A DNA stretch of 62,420 nucleotides, counting the filler, from Choristocarpus tenellus KU-1152 (taxonomy: Eukaryota; Protista; Phaeophyceae), in NCBI GenBank assembly GCA_964200185.2. It is 9 parts of 9 records of this genome, joined end to end, with 100 filler letters (N's around TTAATTAATTAA, not from the genome) between each part and the next. Parts side by side here need not be neighbours in the genome. Positions count along the whole stretch, not along the records: positions 20,504 to 28,665 come from CAXNAD020005059.1; positions 28,766 to 40,529 come from CAXNAD020002152.1; 7 more parts are not named here. The stretch is one strand, 5' to 3'. The position numbers were made by a program, and so were the translations under genes. Positions 23,701-38,029 of the stretch are shown one piece after another. The notes under the pieces are model-generated. The model saw nothing but the letters and a program-made list of their open reading frames with translations, had not been told where the DNA came from and did not search any database. How positions within the stretch are numbered: position 1 is the stretch's first letter; every line of letters starts with the position of its first letter.

Positions 23701-26700
23701 AATGAAGATTGCACACACAAGAGGCGAAAATATGTGTGTATATGCACCAAGCAGAGAAAGAACTATCCGTAATCACTACCTATGCTGTCGTCTGATTGAA
23801 GACTCAGGAATCATACAAGCAGAAAGGCACACATAAACCATTTAATCGCTCTGTCTGCCATGTTCATGCTAGTACAAGAATATAAAGCAATTCTTGACCC
23901 AAGCCCTAATGAGTAGTATGAGATGGGTCAGGCTTTCTTCTGACAGGAGAAATGCATGGCAGAATAGTAGGGGGGTACTGGATGGGTGCAATCTTGCCTG
24001 TAACACGGTTAGGAATTCCAGCTGCTGTGCGGCATCCTCTAAATCTCCTTGGTGGACCTGTGAGGGGCCAAAGTAGGGACATATCTCATGGACATCGATT
24101 GAGGGCAAAGCAACAGACCAATACACCAGTAGTAGTTGTTCCTGTACCCTGAAAACACTGTAAGACGGGCCATGGCTAGGCTTGGTAGAAGTGGTCGTGC
24201 CCCAGGCTTCAGATTGGGAATAAGAGGCAGCTAGATATTTGAGGACCTGAATATGCACACAAATTTAAGCCAGTTATAAAAAATCAGACTGGAAGATGTT
24301 ATCTCTCTGGTTTTGAAGTGAAACGAAACTTCCCATCAATCGCACCTGGCAATAAACCACTCCTGTCATGGCTTGTACATTACTCTCATGGATCTTAGTG
24401 GCTTCTTGGTAAGCTTCTATGGCTGAATCATATGTACCCAAGAGAGAAAATTGATACCCTAGCTCGCCCAAGAGATCAGGGTTATCGTCCTGATGAAAAT
24501 ATATGCATGAACGCTGGTCAGTCAAACAACAGGGACAAGAACAGTGTGGATTGTCCTCTACCTGTGAGTGAGCCTTACAGTCTTGGCAAGACGCCAAATT
24601 CCCCGTAGCTTTAGGGACAAGGTAGAGCATGTTTCGAGGGTGAGAGAGGCTGTGCTTCATCCTCATCTTGAGGAATGTTTGCATGCATGGTCTGCAAGTA
24701 TTCCAATTCATCAGTGTTCACCATACTATATATTACTCCGTCTATGAATATATATTTATTGAACAACTTCTCAAGCCTGTAACTCTCTGTGACCCGTGGA
24801 CGACCTGCAGTGACCATGGTCACACATCACCTTCACACTTTCCAGCATCCCAATGGTGAGTTGCAGCAGGACCGGATCACGGCTGCAAACTCGAGCAAAA
24901 GGCTTGGAGATGGCCAGGTGGAGAGGGCCGTTTCGTGGCTCCCGCTTGGACAGAGATTCGCTAAGTCGGCGCAGACGATCAACACTCTCGACCTGGGTCT
25001 GTAGGGGAAATCTGTTTCAAGGAAAACAGCAGCAAGGACTCCAAGTACTACTCAATATATGTGCATAGAGAATTTAATTAACAGGGGATTGATCTACTTG
25101 TTTAGTAGGACTTAGAGAGTGCTGATACCATCAGCATCAACGGTATCTCCAATCAAGTAGATTGTTGATGCACAAACACAGTAGGCTCAACCATTGCCAG
25201 TGTCTACACACTGCCACATGCAAAAGTTTGATCTGAGGAATCAAGCAAATTTCTTGTATGGTAAGGTTTGCTGAAGAACAGCCGATCAGCACAGTTGTGA
25301 GAGGAGTTTTGAGGGCCCCAGTAATAATCCATGTGATATTGTCTCCATTGTGCTAAGAAAAATGGACTCAATATCAAGCAAAATGCTGGGACTGTGTCGA
25401 AACTCCGAGATCAACTCACCTGCTCAAGCTGGGTGATAGAATGGAGGGCATAGAGAGCCAAGGCCTGAAGGTTTCCATCATCCATTTCCAAGATTCTTGA
25501 CACAATGTCACTTGCCTGAAAGAGATACATGAGTTTGTTGGACAACATCTTCAAAACTTACTTGACAATGCTTTCATCTCCAAGTGTGTGATAACATGTG
25601 ATCAGAAATTCGCCGACCGAAGAGTAGAAATGCACAAAACCTTGATTCAACCGTATTTAAACAATGTCTTCACCTGTGGCCCAATACGACAAGGGCTGAT
25701 TTAGGTCCAATAATCTTGCTACCATAGTGTACAGAGCGGGATGTCCGTTTTGTTCAGGGTTTGAAGAGATATGATCCAACCTCTCTTCAGCGTTGATTGC
25801 TCAGAGTATCAACTGGAACATGGTACTAAAAGCTGAAGCAATTTCTACATCTCATGTACAAAAAAAACAGAACCCTATACCAGAGTATACACCTGTGACT
25901 GCCAGACAACAAGTCAGCTCAAAAATAATTATTTTGGGATTGGTTGGGTGAGGGTAGTAGGAGGTCTAGCAGGGTCAGGCCACAGGTCAGCTTGACCAAA
26001 ATATCATTTTGAAGGGCTGGGGCAGGCCTTTTGCGTCTACAAAGAGACTGGGTCATAGGCTTGTTTGGGCAAGATGTACTTTGAAGGGAACAGGCTGGTC
26101 CCAGTTCTAACCAGGTCGGGGTCCAGGTTGGTTGGGAGAGACAAGATGGTATGTGTGTAAATTATGACACTGTATCGTCCAATATTCAGTGCTATAGAGC
26201 TCAAACAGTAGTAATTCCGTATGTTTAAATAGATACAGGAAAATGGATTGAAACGTAGCTAAGGATCAACCCGCAGAATATATCGTTCTTAAAAGGGTCG
26301 CCCCAGTTAAAATGTGATATACCCAGGTCAGGTCGCTGATCCAGCTACCTGTCGGTCCAGTGTACTATCCTTCAAAAATCCCAGAACAGAAGCAAGTCTG
26401 AATCTGCTTAAGGAGCACTTCATGCGTGCCACTTTATTCTGTCTTCTGCATCTGATATCTTAGCTGGAGTTGGTGCATCTGCGACCATATGGATTAGGTT
26501 AGAATAATTGTCATATACTGGGGGAAACTTGAGTGGAAGTATATTAGAGGGTACAAGCTTTGCCCTGTTTGTCCGTTTGGGGCTTGGCTTCCCACAATTT
26601 TTTAATGACATTTTACCTACTCTGAAATATTTTGGAGTAGGTAAAATGTATACGTTATGAAATGGTGTGTCTCGAACAAGGATATTGACACTTCCTAACA

Positions 26701-28640
26701 AACACGATAGCCAAGATTATATCAATATCATAACATTGGATTTTGACCCCCAAACGGACGCGGCTCTGCCCTCTAAGATACTTTGACTCACTTCTAAAAA
26801 AGAGGTCAAAAAGAATAGTGGCCTCTGACTTTTTGTAAAGAAGCATCCGTTCCAACATCGGCCACCCTCTCACCGACATGTAAGAATTGATTTCTCGAAG
26901 TTCAAGGTGTGGGCCATAACACTACATTGAACAGCAAGGAAAATATTTTGCGAAACTTGATCTCCTACAAGTTGGGTGCTGACCAAAAGATCTCATCTGT
27001 TCTGTTCTTGAAATTGAACAACATGACATTTTGTTTCATGCATCAGAAAGTTCGGGGTGCCCGTCACGTAAAATATTGAAAATGGAAAAGTGAGCAACTC
27101 TAATTCTAAATTAGACCTCCAATTGAACTCAAGATAACTTTATTACAATGGGAAACACAGCGAAGGAGAGACAAACACAACCAAGGATTCTCACCTGATC
27201 CCATTCCCCTGCAGCCATCAATAGTTTTGCTTTTTCCGCCAAGGCAGGCCAAAAGCCGGAGTGAAGTGCAATCGTATGGTTGAGATGATCTATGGCTCTG
27301 TCAAGGCCCTTTAAGCTTGTGCTGAAACAGAAAGCTTTGCCCATCACTGTGTCCAAATCTTGTGACTGACCACTACCCTCAAAGTACCTATCAGTACATT
27401 TTGTCAAGAGTATAATGTACAATCATAGAATTGTAACTCAAAGGATTGATTGGTAAAGTTGCCAGTACAGGGGGGAAACATCACTCCATGAGCCAAGGTA
27501 ATGCTTTCGTAATTTGCCTTACAATCTTCCTCAGTAGTGCTTGCTACATTGGTAGGAGCCTCTTGCCCAATGCTCACACACTTAAGGGGTCTGCATATAT
27601 CTCCTCAGTTTTTTGCATTTCCCTTGCTTCTCCCTAGAACCCATATGATGCACTCTGGAGTATTTTTTTACTCATGCATAGATCACTCAGACAACCAGCA
27701 TCGTATAAAATAGCAAGTGCTAATTGATACTGCTATGACCTCACCAATAACATATCATTATATCCTTACATTGGTTAAATATATCCTGCAAAGATGTACA
27801 TTGAAGTAGCATTTCTTTGTATACATCAATATCTACTGTAGGTCGTCAAGATCGAGGCAAATTGCTACCTTATACTATCCTTGCGGAGATCAACGTCTGC
27901 CTTGCTCTGAGGATTTCGCACTGAGGCATCTATCCACCCTCGTAGAGAGAATGCCTGTTGCTGAATTGGTGTCTGTGCCTCACATCCCCCGCCCATCACC
28001 CTTTCCACCAACCGACGGGCTTCTCTGAGATCGCCTATGTTTTGGCCATGCGGGGCATATATAGTGAGATAGGAAAAGGTGGGGGCCAGAGTAGAATTAA
28101 GACTGATATCGAATATGGGGTCGCCAGAGTCCCAAAATGGGATGCAATCAAAACATATCAGGTGAAGAAAAAAAAAACAGCTGGTTCAAAGAGTTACCTG
28201 TAAGCCACCGGAAGCGGGCAGCAGTCAGCACAGCGCTGTCACTAGCCATGTCCTCCGTTATTGTGAGAGTTGCGGAGAGCACTTCCACTGCCTCTCTGAA
28301 AAATGAAGATTTTGGCACCATGTGTGTGCATTAGATAAAGTCTCCAAGAGAAGACTGGAGCCATGAAGGGAGTAGATATATACTTGGAGTATAATACTGC
28401 CATGTTCACAAAGGGGAGCTTGAGAACACCCTCCCCAAAAATGGAGTAACAATATCTCACGATCCACTTCGTTTAAAAACTAACAGCTATGCAACTTTCA
28501 GTACCTGTCAACAATCACAGCCTTGCCATGAAAGTGCAGAAGGGCGACAACAACACCGAAGTCCACATCACGCTTGGACTTCATGCATTCCAACTCTCGG
28601 ATGGCTTCTGGGATACACCCCTGCATGCCCAAGGCAAAAG
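20795..28640 (-). CDS. TTC21B: Tetratricopeptide repeat protein 21B / intraflagellar transport IFT139, N-terminal half, partial
   Basis: Twelve phase-compatible exons: 28640-28505, 28295-28198, 28034-27869, 27387-27195, 25515-25420, 24998-24831, 24513-24346, 24057-23998, 23452-23385, 23127-22992, 22463-22376, 20922-20795. Peptides EAIRELE..KRDV, FWPALAEKAKLLMAAGEWDQ, LGELGYQ, DAAQQLEFL and NPDFMLEIAKEYL are characteristic of TTC21/IFT139. Confidence 0.92.
26531..26789 (+). mobile_element. MITE family A copy 5 (259 bp), in a TTC21B intron
   Basis: GAGTGGAAGTATATTAGAGGG ... CCCTCTAAGATACTTTGACTC. ACTT on both flanks (4-bp TSD). Confidence 0.95.
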
Positions 28641-28665
28641 CTGTTATAGGGAAGGGGGGAAGGGT

Positions 28666-28765
28666 NNNNNNNNNNNNNNNNNNNNNNNNNNNNNNNNNNN
28701 NNNNNNNNNTTAATTAATTAANNNNNNNNNNNNNNNNNNNNNNNNNNNNNNNNNNNNNNNNNNNN
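28666..28765. other. Artificial contig-join spacer
   Basis: N44-TTAATTAATTAA-N44. Confidence 0.98.
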
Positions 28766-28831
28766 ATCAGGCATGACCCGGTCTCTACCATCCTCCCCCC
28801 CACCCTCCTCACCATCAGTTGGCCCTCTTAC

Positions 28832-31800
28832 CTCTGGGTCTCCTTCTCGTGGTGAAGTTGGGTCATGACGTCAATAAGTGGGTCAATTACCCCCGAGACA
28901 TGTTTAGTCACATTTTTCAATTGCTCTTGAAGTTTCTTCACCTCCCTGGACACCTCAGTCTCCTGCACAGGAAGGGAGATACTCTGTCAACAAGGAAAGT
29001 CAGTCAGAAATGTCAAGGAGAAAGCGAGGAAGAGCTATTGAAAAAATATGGTAATATAGCAGTGGGTACATTTGAAATCTACAATTGCATGACGTACACA
29101 ATTTTGGTCAAGGCATTTCAGGCAGGCGAGTGCAATTTTAAACAATAAACACATTTTTTTGAAGCATCATGCCTGCAACAAAAACAATCCATCCTACTCA
29201 AACTTGAAGATCATTGTGATTGTGAAGGTATCACTATCTTCCCACAACTTTACAAGGTAGCCTCGAGATCTGGCAGAGGACGATGACTAGATGTCACTAC
29301 ATCAGGGATAGAAGACTTCGGGGCGTGGACAAGCAGGGGAGAGTCTTGTATTGTTGATCGGTGAGATCAGGAAGGAATGTGCAATAACAGTAAGTATTTA
29401 CAGGACCTCTTCCTTTGAAATGATCTGGAAGTCCATGAATTCAATGGCCTTCACGGTATTAGATTCATCTTTCTAGTACTTTCACAGAAACAACTGCACC
29501 AACAAGTCTTGACATTAGATGAATAGAGAAAATGTATACGATATATCAATACATCTAACCCTCATAATTACAACAACGTTCATCCTTGTCTCTCAACAAC
29601 TCTAACACATCCACCTCAGCAGCAGCTACAACAGCCCAAAAGAAATTCACTGATAGACAAACAAAGCATCTAGTCCCCAGTTCCCAATTCCCCCTTGCAC
29701 ACTGTTTACCCACCACCTTTCACACATGCCTCACCTCACTCCGTCCATTGGGAGGTATCAACTCCAACAACTGCTGAGGGACATCTGGCTGAGAGTCAGG
29801 CAAACTGAAAACAGGATCATCCCCTTTCGGGAGGAACTGAGGTTATGATGGGTTTGGGATGGGATGGGGATTAGGATGTTAGAATTATAGCTGAAGTGGT
29901 GATGCACACACCAACTTTAACTCTTCAATACAAGGCGTGTTGTGACGAGAAGGAACTCAAGCACTATCCACTATTTTCTCAAAGCATCAAAGAGTTCATG
30001 AATGTAACCCTCACATCCATATGCGCCATGCTGCTAATCCACTCCGGACCGTGGTCCTCGCCATAGTAGTAGGACACACTTCCCCAAAATTGATTGCAAT
30101 CCACGGGCAGATCCATGCACTCACTGGGCCATTTCTGATAATATGATTGGAGTGTGGGATCGGGGGTGGGGTTTCACATGGCAGACGACGGGGAACAAGA
30201 TGGTGTAGAAGGCAATATTAACGAGTAAATGGAATGATAAGAACATATATTGTATATATTATGAGCAAAAAGGTAGGATGGCATGATCCTTCGACAAAGT
30301 AATACAGAGGGGCAGCAGGGGGAGCTGAGGCAATATTCCATACCTCCACATACAACAATACATACTCCGGAGTATTAACAAATATTTATGTGAATATAAA
30401 GTAAAAACATACTCCACACTACAGTGCCAACGTCTCTATTTTTATCACAGTCCTTCATTGAAGTCTTGAAAAAAAAGGCACCTATGCAAAGCTCACCAAC
30501 GTGTGTAGCTCACAGGATTGGATGTACTTCTGAGTGTATACACTACTAGGAGATGCAAAGGTGGAGGGTTGTAAACATCGAGACATCTGGGCATATGTTT
30601 CAAAGCCAGCTCACTGCTTCTGGATTCAGAATGTTTTCCCCCTCTCTCCCTCCATCCCTTTCCTACTCCCCGACACTATTTCATTTTCCCAGAAAAAATA
30701 GAGGCCCGGAACGCTTGTGACACTGTTAAGACAAAGAGTCAGAAGAAACTTGAGCAATTATGGGGTCAACAACAACAGCAGCAACGGGGGTGGGGGTAAA
30801 GGGGCAACATCTCGAAGTTCTGCACATTGGAGGTGAGCTTGCCTCCTCCTATCGTCTTCCCTCTTCCTACACACTAGTCAATGATTATTCATTGACGAAA
30901 GCTGCAAATCAGTCTATTGTATCACCGTAGACTGTAGTTACAGTTGTTCCTCCCTCCTTGAACCAAAAACTTACCTCTCCATCTCTAGAAAAATATTCAT
31001 ACCCTGTCAACATGCAAGAATCATTTCCAACACTCAAGAGCATACAGCATATGGATCCACATTGAGAACAACACCCTTGGCAAGGGAGGTCACACTGACA
31101 CACTGACACATTGACACACACGCCTTTCACACGCAGCTCCTCGCACCCCACCATATCCCCATCAATTCTGGCACTACTGTATTAAAAATGAAAAAATGGG
31201 ATTCAGCTTCCCTCAGAAACAAAACCTGACCATGCCAATACCACCTATCCACTACCGTGCAAAACTCACCTTCTTGTGCTTCTTATTATACAACCTCCCT
31301 CTCCCTCTCCCTCTCCCCCTTCCCCTTCCCCTTCCTCTTCCCCTCCCCCTTGCCGTCCCTACCCCCCCACCAGATCCAGCTCTGCCTGTACTCAGCAGCT
31401 TGTCAAAATCATTCTTCCTTGATTCGTCTCCACCCTTCTTCAAGCTAGTCAGGTCACTGCTCAACTCTGATTGTTGTGGAGGTTTCTAATAGATAAAATG
31501 GGGAGGAGGAGTGGGGTGAAGTGGGGTGTTCAGGCTAAGGATTTATGCTAGTACTATTCTATCTTTTCTCAGCTGCTTGAAGACGGGTTCTTCAATTGAG
31601 TTAAGACTCTCAAGGAGGATAGGCTAGGAGTTGAGGATTAAAGGTCTTTTGTTCTGAGTCGATGAACAGGTGGTCGGAAAAGGACAGTTTGAGCTAAGGC
31701 TGAAGCTAACATGAGGGTCAGAGGAGAGGAGCTAGAGCTATTTATCTTCTTTCTTTTTTTATAGAACCTTCACATTTCCTTACGTAACTCAATGTAGGGA

Positions 31801-33165
31801 GACACTGAAAACTATGTGAAGAAGGTTCTGGAGGACACACCATAAAATCCACACAGAAAGGTGAGAGCCCATGTGACTGTACGTTCTCTTGGTGCTTTCC
31901 ACCAATAGAAAGTACAGATGGATTATTTTCACTTCTTTTTCGAAAGGTAACCAATCACAAGTTGGAGATTGAAATAACCATTTTCCCGGTTAACTCTTAA
32001 GGGTACCAGGGAGAGGCGTGTCGTTAGAGATAATCGTGTGGTCTCTCCAGAGAACTTTCCTACATAATAGCACACCTCTTTTCATCCTACCCGTCCCACA
32101 AAAACCCAACATGGACATGAATGATCATCTTATGTCCGCAAACAACAGTAGAACTAACATGATGCAGTGTTTGGGTGAAATAACTCTTGCTTGAACTGAA
32201 TCATCAATACTTCCTCCCTGTCCATTGTGTTCATAATTTATTTTGGCGTTTTCCCCACATAACTCCCGGTGCATCTAAAATGAATCATTGTAAATACAAA
32301 TAGTTGCTTTACAAAATAAACAAACACCTCTTACTTACTCAATAGTCACACAACCATACCTGCACCCTTTCCCCCCAACTACGTGCTCATATTGGTATAC
32401 GACAACTTTGATACTCAAAAACGATTTCTCGACATCTTTGAGACCATGGTAAAATAAAAATTTTATAACTGTTTAAAAAAAAAAAAAACGTAAGAAAAAA
32501 CGTAATCAACTGTTCATCCCTGTACCACTCCCCAACCCCCACGAGTCAATCTCTAAGACTGAATAACAAACAACCCAGTCCCTTACCCGAGGGTTCTACA
32601 AACAATCCAAAGCCTCCCCTGGTCTACAAGACAGTGTGAACAAGTTCCTACAGTACACCAAGGCGAGGGAGACAGGGGGAAAGAAAGGGGCTACAGAGTT
32701 TGGAAAGGAGGGTCCTACAACTATCGAGAGGTCAGGTTGGTGTACTCGCAGAGCAGTAGGTCACAGCTTGTTCTTATTTTATTCATATAGTTTGCAACAA
32801 AATAAATTTTAGTCAAGAACCCGAGAAGAAAAAATAAACAAATGACAACAATATTTACAAGAAACAAGAACCCAACAACAAAGGCCAAGGAAACTCTACA
32901 AAACACTTCAATAAAAACACATGCAGACATACATACCTTTGCCCCCCACAACGCACACCTAGCATGGATCCAGCCCCCTTGAGCGCTCGGCTTGAAGGCA
33001 CCTCCTTTTCTATTCCCACCCTCAGAATCCCCACACATGGTGCATGAGATCTCATTGGTTGACTGATGGCAAAATACACAAAATGATAGTATGAAAGGAG
33101 CCGTGCCAAGTGGGAAAGAGGGGGGGGGGGCAGGGGGGAGGGGGGGGGGGGGGGGGGTTGTGTGT

Positions 33166-33204
<39 letters not shown>

Positions 33205-36088
33205 CCGGAAACGGAACAGGAAATCAAATCATGACAAAGGGGGGGAGGGGAGGGATGGGGGAATATGATACAGTGCACTGACAACAAGCATCTATCCATT
33301 TCAACTGCAGGGTCTTATCGACTGACAAGGCGCTTCAAATATATGGAAGTAGCCGCTGACCAATACTTGCTTTGAAAGCTTTGGAAGCGTGAATGCACTC
33401 CCTCGAGGAAAGCAATTTGCTTATTATTATTATCATACACAAATCACACCACTTATTATGCCATGGAAGAGCATATCACAGTGTACAGCACCATGTCACA
33501 TCACACATCCCGCCATATTGATAGGACATGGTATAGACAAGAGGCTGAGGCTTGACATCAACCACAAACCTCAAAACACATGCCATCTTACCCTCCCCCA
33601 CCCCCCTGTGAGCAATCAACTTTCTGTATAAAAAAACACATCTTGCATTGCACTCAATAGCTTTTTGGGCGGTACATATTTCCCTCTGTTGCGCTACCTT
33701 GTAACACCAGAAAGAAAAAAAGTGAAACACATTCCAAAAAAAAGATTCTTGGTGGGGATTTTGCGCAAGAGATGGAGGTCTTCCTCCAATCCGCTTTCAT
33801 ACATCCAACCTAAATTCCTAGAAAGTAAAAATAAATAAAACAGTGACAGCACAGAAAAGGAACAAGAAGAGACCTGAAGAGTTTGTGTTCAACAAATAAT
33901 TTGCAATGTGTTACTGTCTCAAGGCACCCCCCCCCCAAAGTCATCTCCATCCTCTATTCACAGCCTGCTGATGGAGAAGTATAGTACCAGCCCAGCACAG
34001 GCAAAAAGGGAAAGTGTCTAAAAAAGCTAAAAAAAATCCGGACAAGAACAGCTAGGCAAAATGTTCTACAGTGGTAAGCAACAACTACACCACCAGAAAG
34101 TACACAAAGGTGTTCCCATGTATGTGCGCGTGGACACCAGAGCATAACAATCATTGTACATTCAATAAACACCTCCCATAAGCTCTCAACTCTTGAACAA
34201 CCTATGTAGTCTACCCACTATACTAAACCTCACCCTAACCCTGAAACCACAGTGGGAAAAGGCAGAGACATCATCACAATCTGTGTATTTATACATCAAA
34301 GTTGACATGGATACTGCCAAAGGCCAGACAAACCTGCAGATTATGCTAAGGTCAGAGTGTATATATTCATTCATTTGATTCCATTTAACCTGCAAATATA
34401 TGTCCCGTCCCCCCCCCCAAAAAACAAACAAACAAACAAACAAACAAACAAACACATACGGATACACACACCACCCAATAACACAACTTTGTGAGCTGGA
34501 TGCAACACAAAAACTACTCACCTCGCCCAAGGAGCATGATTGACAGAACCAATGTTCTCCATTGTGGTCTTGCAGCGCGCACACTCCGTAACAGTGCTGA
34601 TGTACAGAAACATGGCAACTGCAAGGCTCATGGGCACAATGGGGAACATCATAGAAAAAGGCACAAAACGTCAAGCAGTAGGGTCATGGAAAGTCAATAG
34701 CGATGACCGAGCATGCAAGAATGGAGGTGGAGGGGAGGGGGGAGGGAATAGGGTAAGAGGGAAGGTAAAAAATAATGGAAAATGAGAAGAAAGATGACAG
34801 CATGGTTGTTAGAACATGCTTGAACTCTTGTGCCAGAGAAGACAACGTAGAAGAGACAAAGATAGATACTCTGACAATATACAATATTATGAAGAAAAAC
34901 GATGCAAGTATGGTTTATTGTGTCTGACAAAACAGGAGATCAGCGTAGGTTAGCAATTGCAATGGAGATATAGTTCTATAATGGGAACATGAACTGAGGA
35001 ATACCAACACCATTGACTATCAATATTGATTGTCAGGTTGATAGACTCAGTACGTTAGCGCTAAGCGTGCTGGAAATGTTATATACACATATACACACAA
35101 GTCTTCTGAACAAGACCCTTTTCATTTTAACAAAGGTTAGAGATCATTGTTTCCTGTCTAAAAAAAATGCAGGTGGTAGATTGATAAGACTGATATGTTA
35201 GAGGTGGGCTGCACCAACAAACGGCCAAACTGGGGCAGTGCCAACGGGGATAATGAGGTTTGAGTTCCAAGGTCGAACGAGTATCTCAGGCAGCAGAACT
35301 CACATTCTTAGGAGAATAGTCTACAGAGTAGTGACAAAACAAGTATGCATTTAGGAACATTGGAGGTGCAAAGTGTAGGACAGGGGCAGGAAGGGGCAAA
35401 AAGAGCAGAGATAGTGATTACCTTGAACAAGAGAGCTCGAGATGATCAAAAGGGAGAGCAAGAGGAAGCTAAATATCATTGCACGCATCTGACAAACATC
35501 AAAAAAAGAAATTGTCCCAGTATATGTTTTCAACAAACAAGACACCAGATATATGAAGATTTCAAGGTAAAGGGTCTATGGTACCAGTAGTAAGACACCA
35601 AAGAGATCAAACACCCACATAAGCATGCACAGATACGCACGCCAGCACAGCAATCGAGACACACAGACACAGACACATACACACCTTGCACACGTTACCA
35701 GAGGGTTTAGTTCTGTTGAGAGTATAGGAATGTCCATGCAGACGTCACAGCGAAGATCATCGTCCGCGCGTACCAACGGTTCGGGGGTACTGTCCCATGA
35801 TTGGTGGCGGGTACTAACCCCTTCCACCTGGCCCTGGAAGATCCGACTCATGTCTCCAGTTAGAGCCCCATTCGGATGCCCATTGAAGTTCAAGTGCTCA
35901 TAACACCCCCTATTAGGCATACCAACAAGATCGATGCCACTTCCAGGAACACCAGAACTCACCTCTGCCCCAACCCCAACCCGCCAGCCGAGGTCGGCGA
36001 ACTGAGCACATTCTACTCCCCTTCGAATTGGAGACACAACTCCAGGATGGAGCACCCCGCGATTCATGATTGTTTCCCCACCTTCCAT
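28832..36088 (-). CDS. PHD + extended-PHD (PZP) zinc-finger chromatin protein, 3'-partial
   Basis: Phase-compatible exons: 36088-35685, 34618-34522, 33062-32937, 31485-31270, 31094-30975, 30529-30497, 30134-30015, 29836-29735, 28983-28832. Motifs CDVC..NPLVTC.SCHVSVHQHCYG..WFCQSC, CTMC..GGAFKP..WIHARCALW and GCCSQC..CELH. The downstream exon assignments are less certain than the first three. Confidence 0.8.
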
Positions 36089-38029
36089 TTCAGGGAGGAA
36101 AATGAGGAGGAGCGATTGAATGCAAAGCTAAGCCAGTCCAAGTGAACTCTTAGACGAAGAGAGAGGGGAACCTCGGGCTGGGGTTGACTGGGATTTGAGT
36201 TCTTGGAAGTATCTCCTAATTAGTTGAAAGAGGCCAAGCATGGCGACTACCATACTATCTCCATGGGAGGTGGGTTGACGCCAACTCTTTTCCCTTCCCC
36301 AGTATGTTTTAACCTCGTCACAGGATCCGCAGGACGGGTCGGAGGTTTAGGTTCATTGGGGGCACCAAGATAGAAAAAACATCCAACCTTGAAGGTCGTT
36401 GGTCACAGTTAACCCTTCACCTGAAAAACAATGCAGCACGATCAATCCTGTCATGAGACACGAGAGCGAAGCTTCTGTGCCCAAGAAAGTTTCCCTTCGT
36501 AAGGTCATTGCTGAGGATAAAACCCACTTCAGGTAAATTCAAATCAACCATCGTACAGTGTACGATTCTGTAACCGACTGTCCATTGTACACGCACTGTA
36601 ACTCTCTTGATCCAATCAAAGTTCTTTATAAGAGTTGACAGGGTGTTTTAGAGTAAAGAGGAATAGATTCATCAATGAAGTATGGCTACAGGAGAGCATT
36701 GTTGGTACCCAAGTTTCTGAGTCTAGGAACCCTGCCTGTTCGGGCATTGCCCCATGAGCCCCCTGAACTCCATGCTGATTATCCATGCCATCTCCTCAGA
36801 CTCCCGGACGTTTCCAGCGCCACGAAACTTTCTAAGTTGACGCTGAGATGTCTTCATCGGGCTAATCCTGTTCCGTTTGATTGTCGGTACTTTCTCTCCA
36901 AAACCTTCATAACCCACAAATCATATCATCCAAGAAGTTACACCTCCGGGGGGGATTGGGATTCGACAACACCGCAACTTCATAACCAAACAAACATGAC
37001 AGGAAACGACAAAAAGGAGGTTGGCTGCGTTGGTGTACAGTACAGTATGGTAGGTGCACACGCAGATAGATCAGTATGTATCATTGACGAGGATGAATCG
37101 TCATAGGCATTCAGGGGAGAAACAAGTATCTGGAAGTGAGACAGCGATTCACGGTTGTTGCATGTCAGCGGATGGAATCAAGATGGAGAGGTTGATCAAT
37201 CTCATTGAGGGAAATTAGCAGTAAGGTGTGAGGTATGCATTCTGGTTTTAGTATCACAGTTTGCGGGTGGCTGGTGGAAGTACTGTGGAAGATCCAGACC
37301 TTCGGAGTGTTCTGATTATCACGATCGATCGTTTGTGTGCCTTCAACCCATAGAGAAGGTCCTCTTCGTACCGAGAACTCTTCAGTTTCGCGACCACGGT
37401 AGGTTAACTCTCCTCCTTTTAGCGACAATAGTTGTAGCCGCACATATTTTCTTGACCCCGTCTTCTGCATTAGCGTGGCGGGTGTCTCATGTTGGAGAAA
37501 AATATGACTGCCACTTGAGTTCACTAGATATTACGTGATAGAGCATAAGAACCTTGTGCTTGGAGAATTACCGCTGAGAAACCGAAGGATGAGAATTGAG
37601 GTCCAAAGAATAGCTGGTGGTGCCTCCTGGATGGCCTTGAGGCTTTCGACATCCCAGCTGCTCTGTGAGTTTCGCTTACAAATGACTCAAACAGGTGGCA
37701 ATGATGTGTGGTGGATGGAACTAAATACTTCATGGACGCCTGATATACCACATAAGTTGAAGCAGCCATGGGCCGTCATGCGAAAGTGGTCTTGGCCAAC
37801 AACCAAATGCGATAATGTCTGCTGATCTCTTTTCTTTTCTTCTTTCGAGGGGGGGTTGACTGGATTCTTGGGCTAGCCTAGAATACACTTCTTGATGTTG
37901 ATGTTAGTAGGTTGTATCTTGCAGGTGTAAGGACTTCACCTAGATCTCTGAAGTACATGAGAATATATTATTCGCCTGTTCTTGGATCCTTTTTGATCCT
38001 GATGCTGAACCTGATCCTTGAATCCTGCT

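Noticed and set aside
31162-31173. TGC-CAG-AAT-TGA (CxxU-like) after an acceptor in the PHD gene, as selenocysteine or stop recoding
   Set aside because: A downstream acceptor at 31094 gives a phase-compatible, stop-free exon. The TGA frame hits a second stop, and no SECIS is evident.
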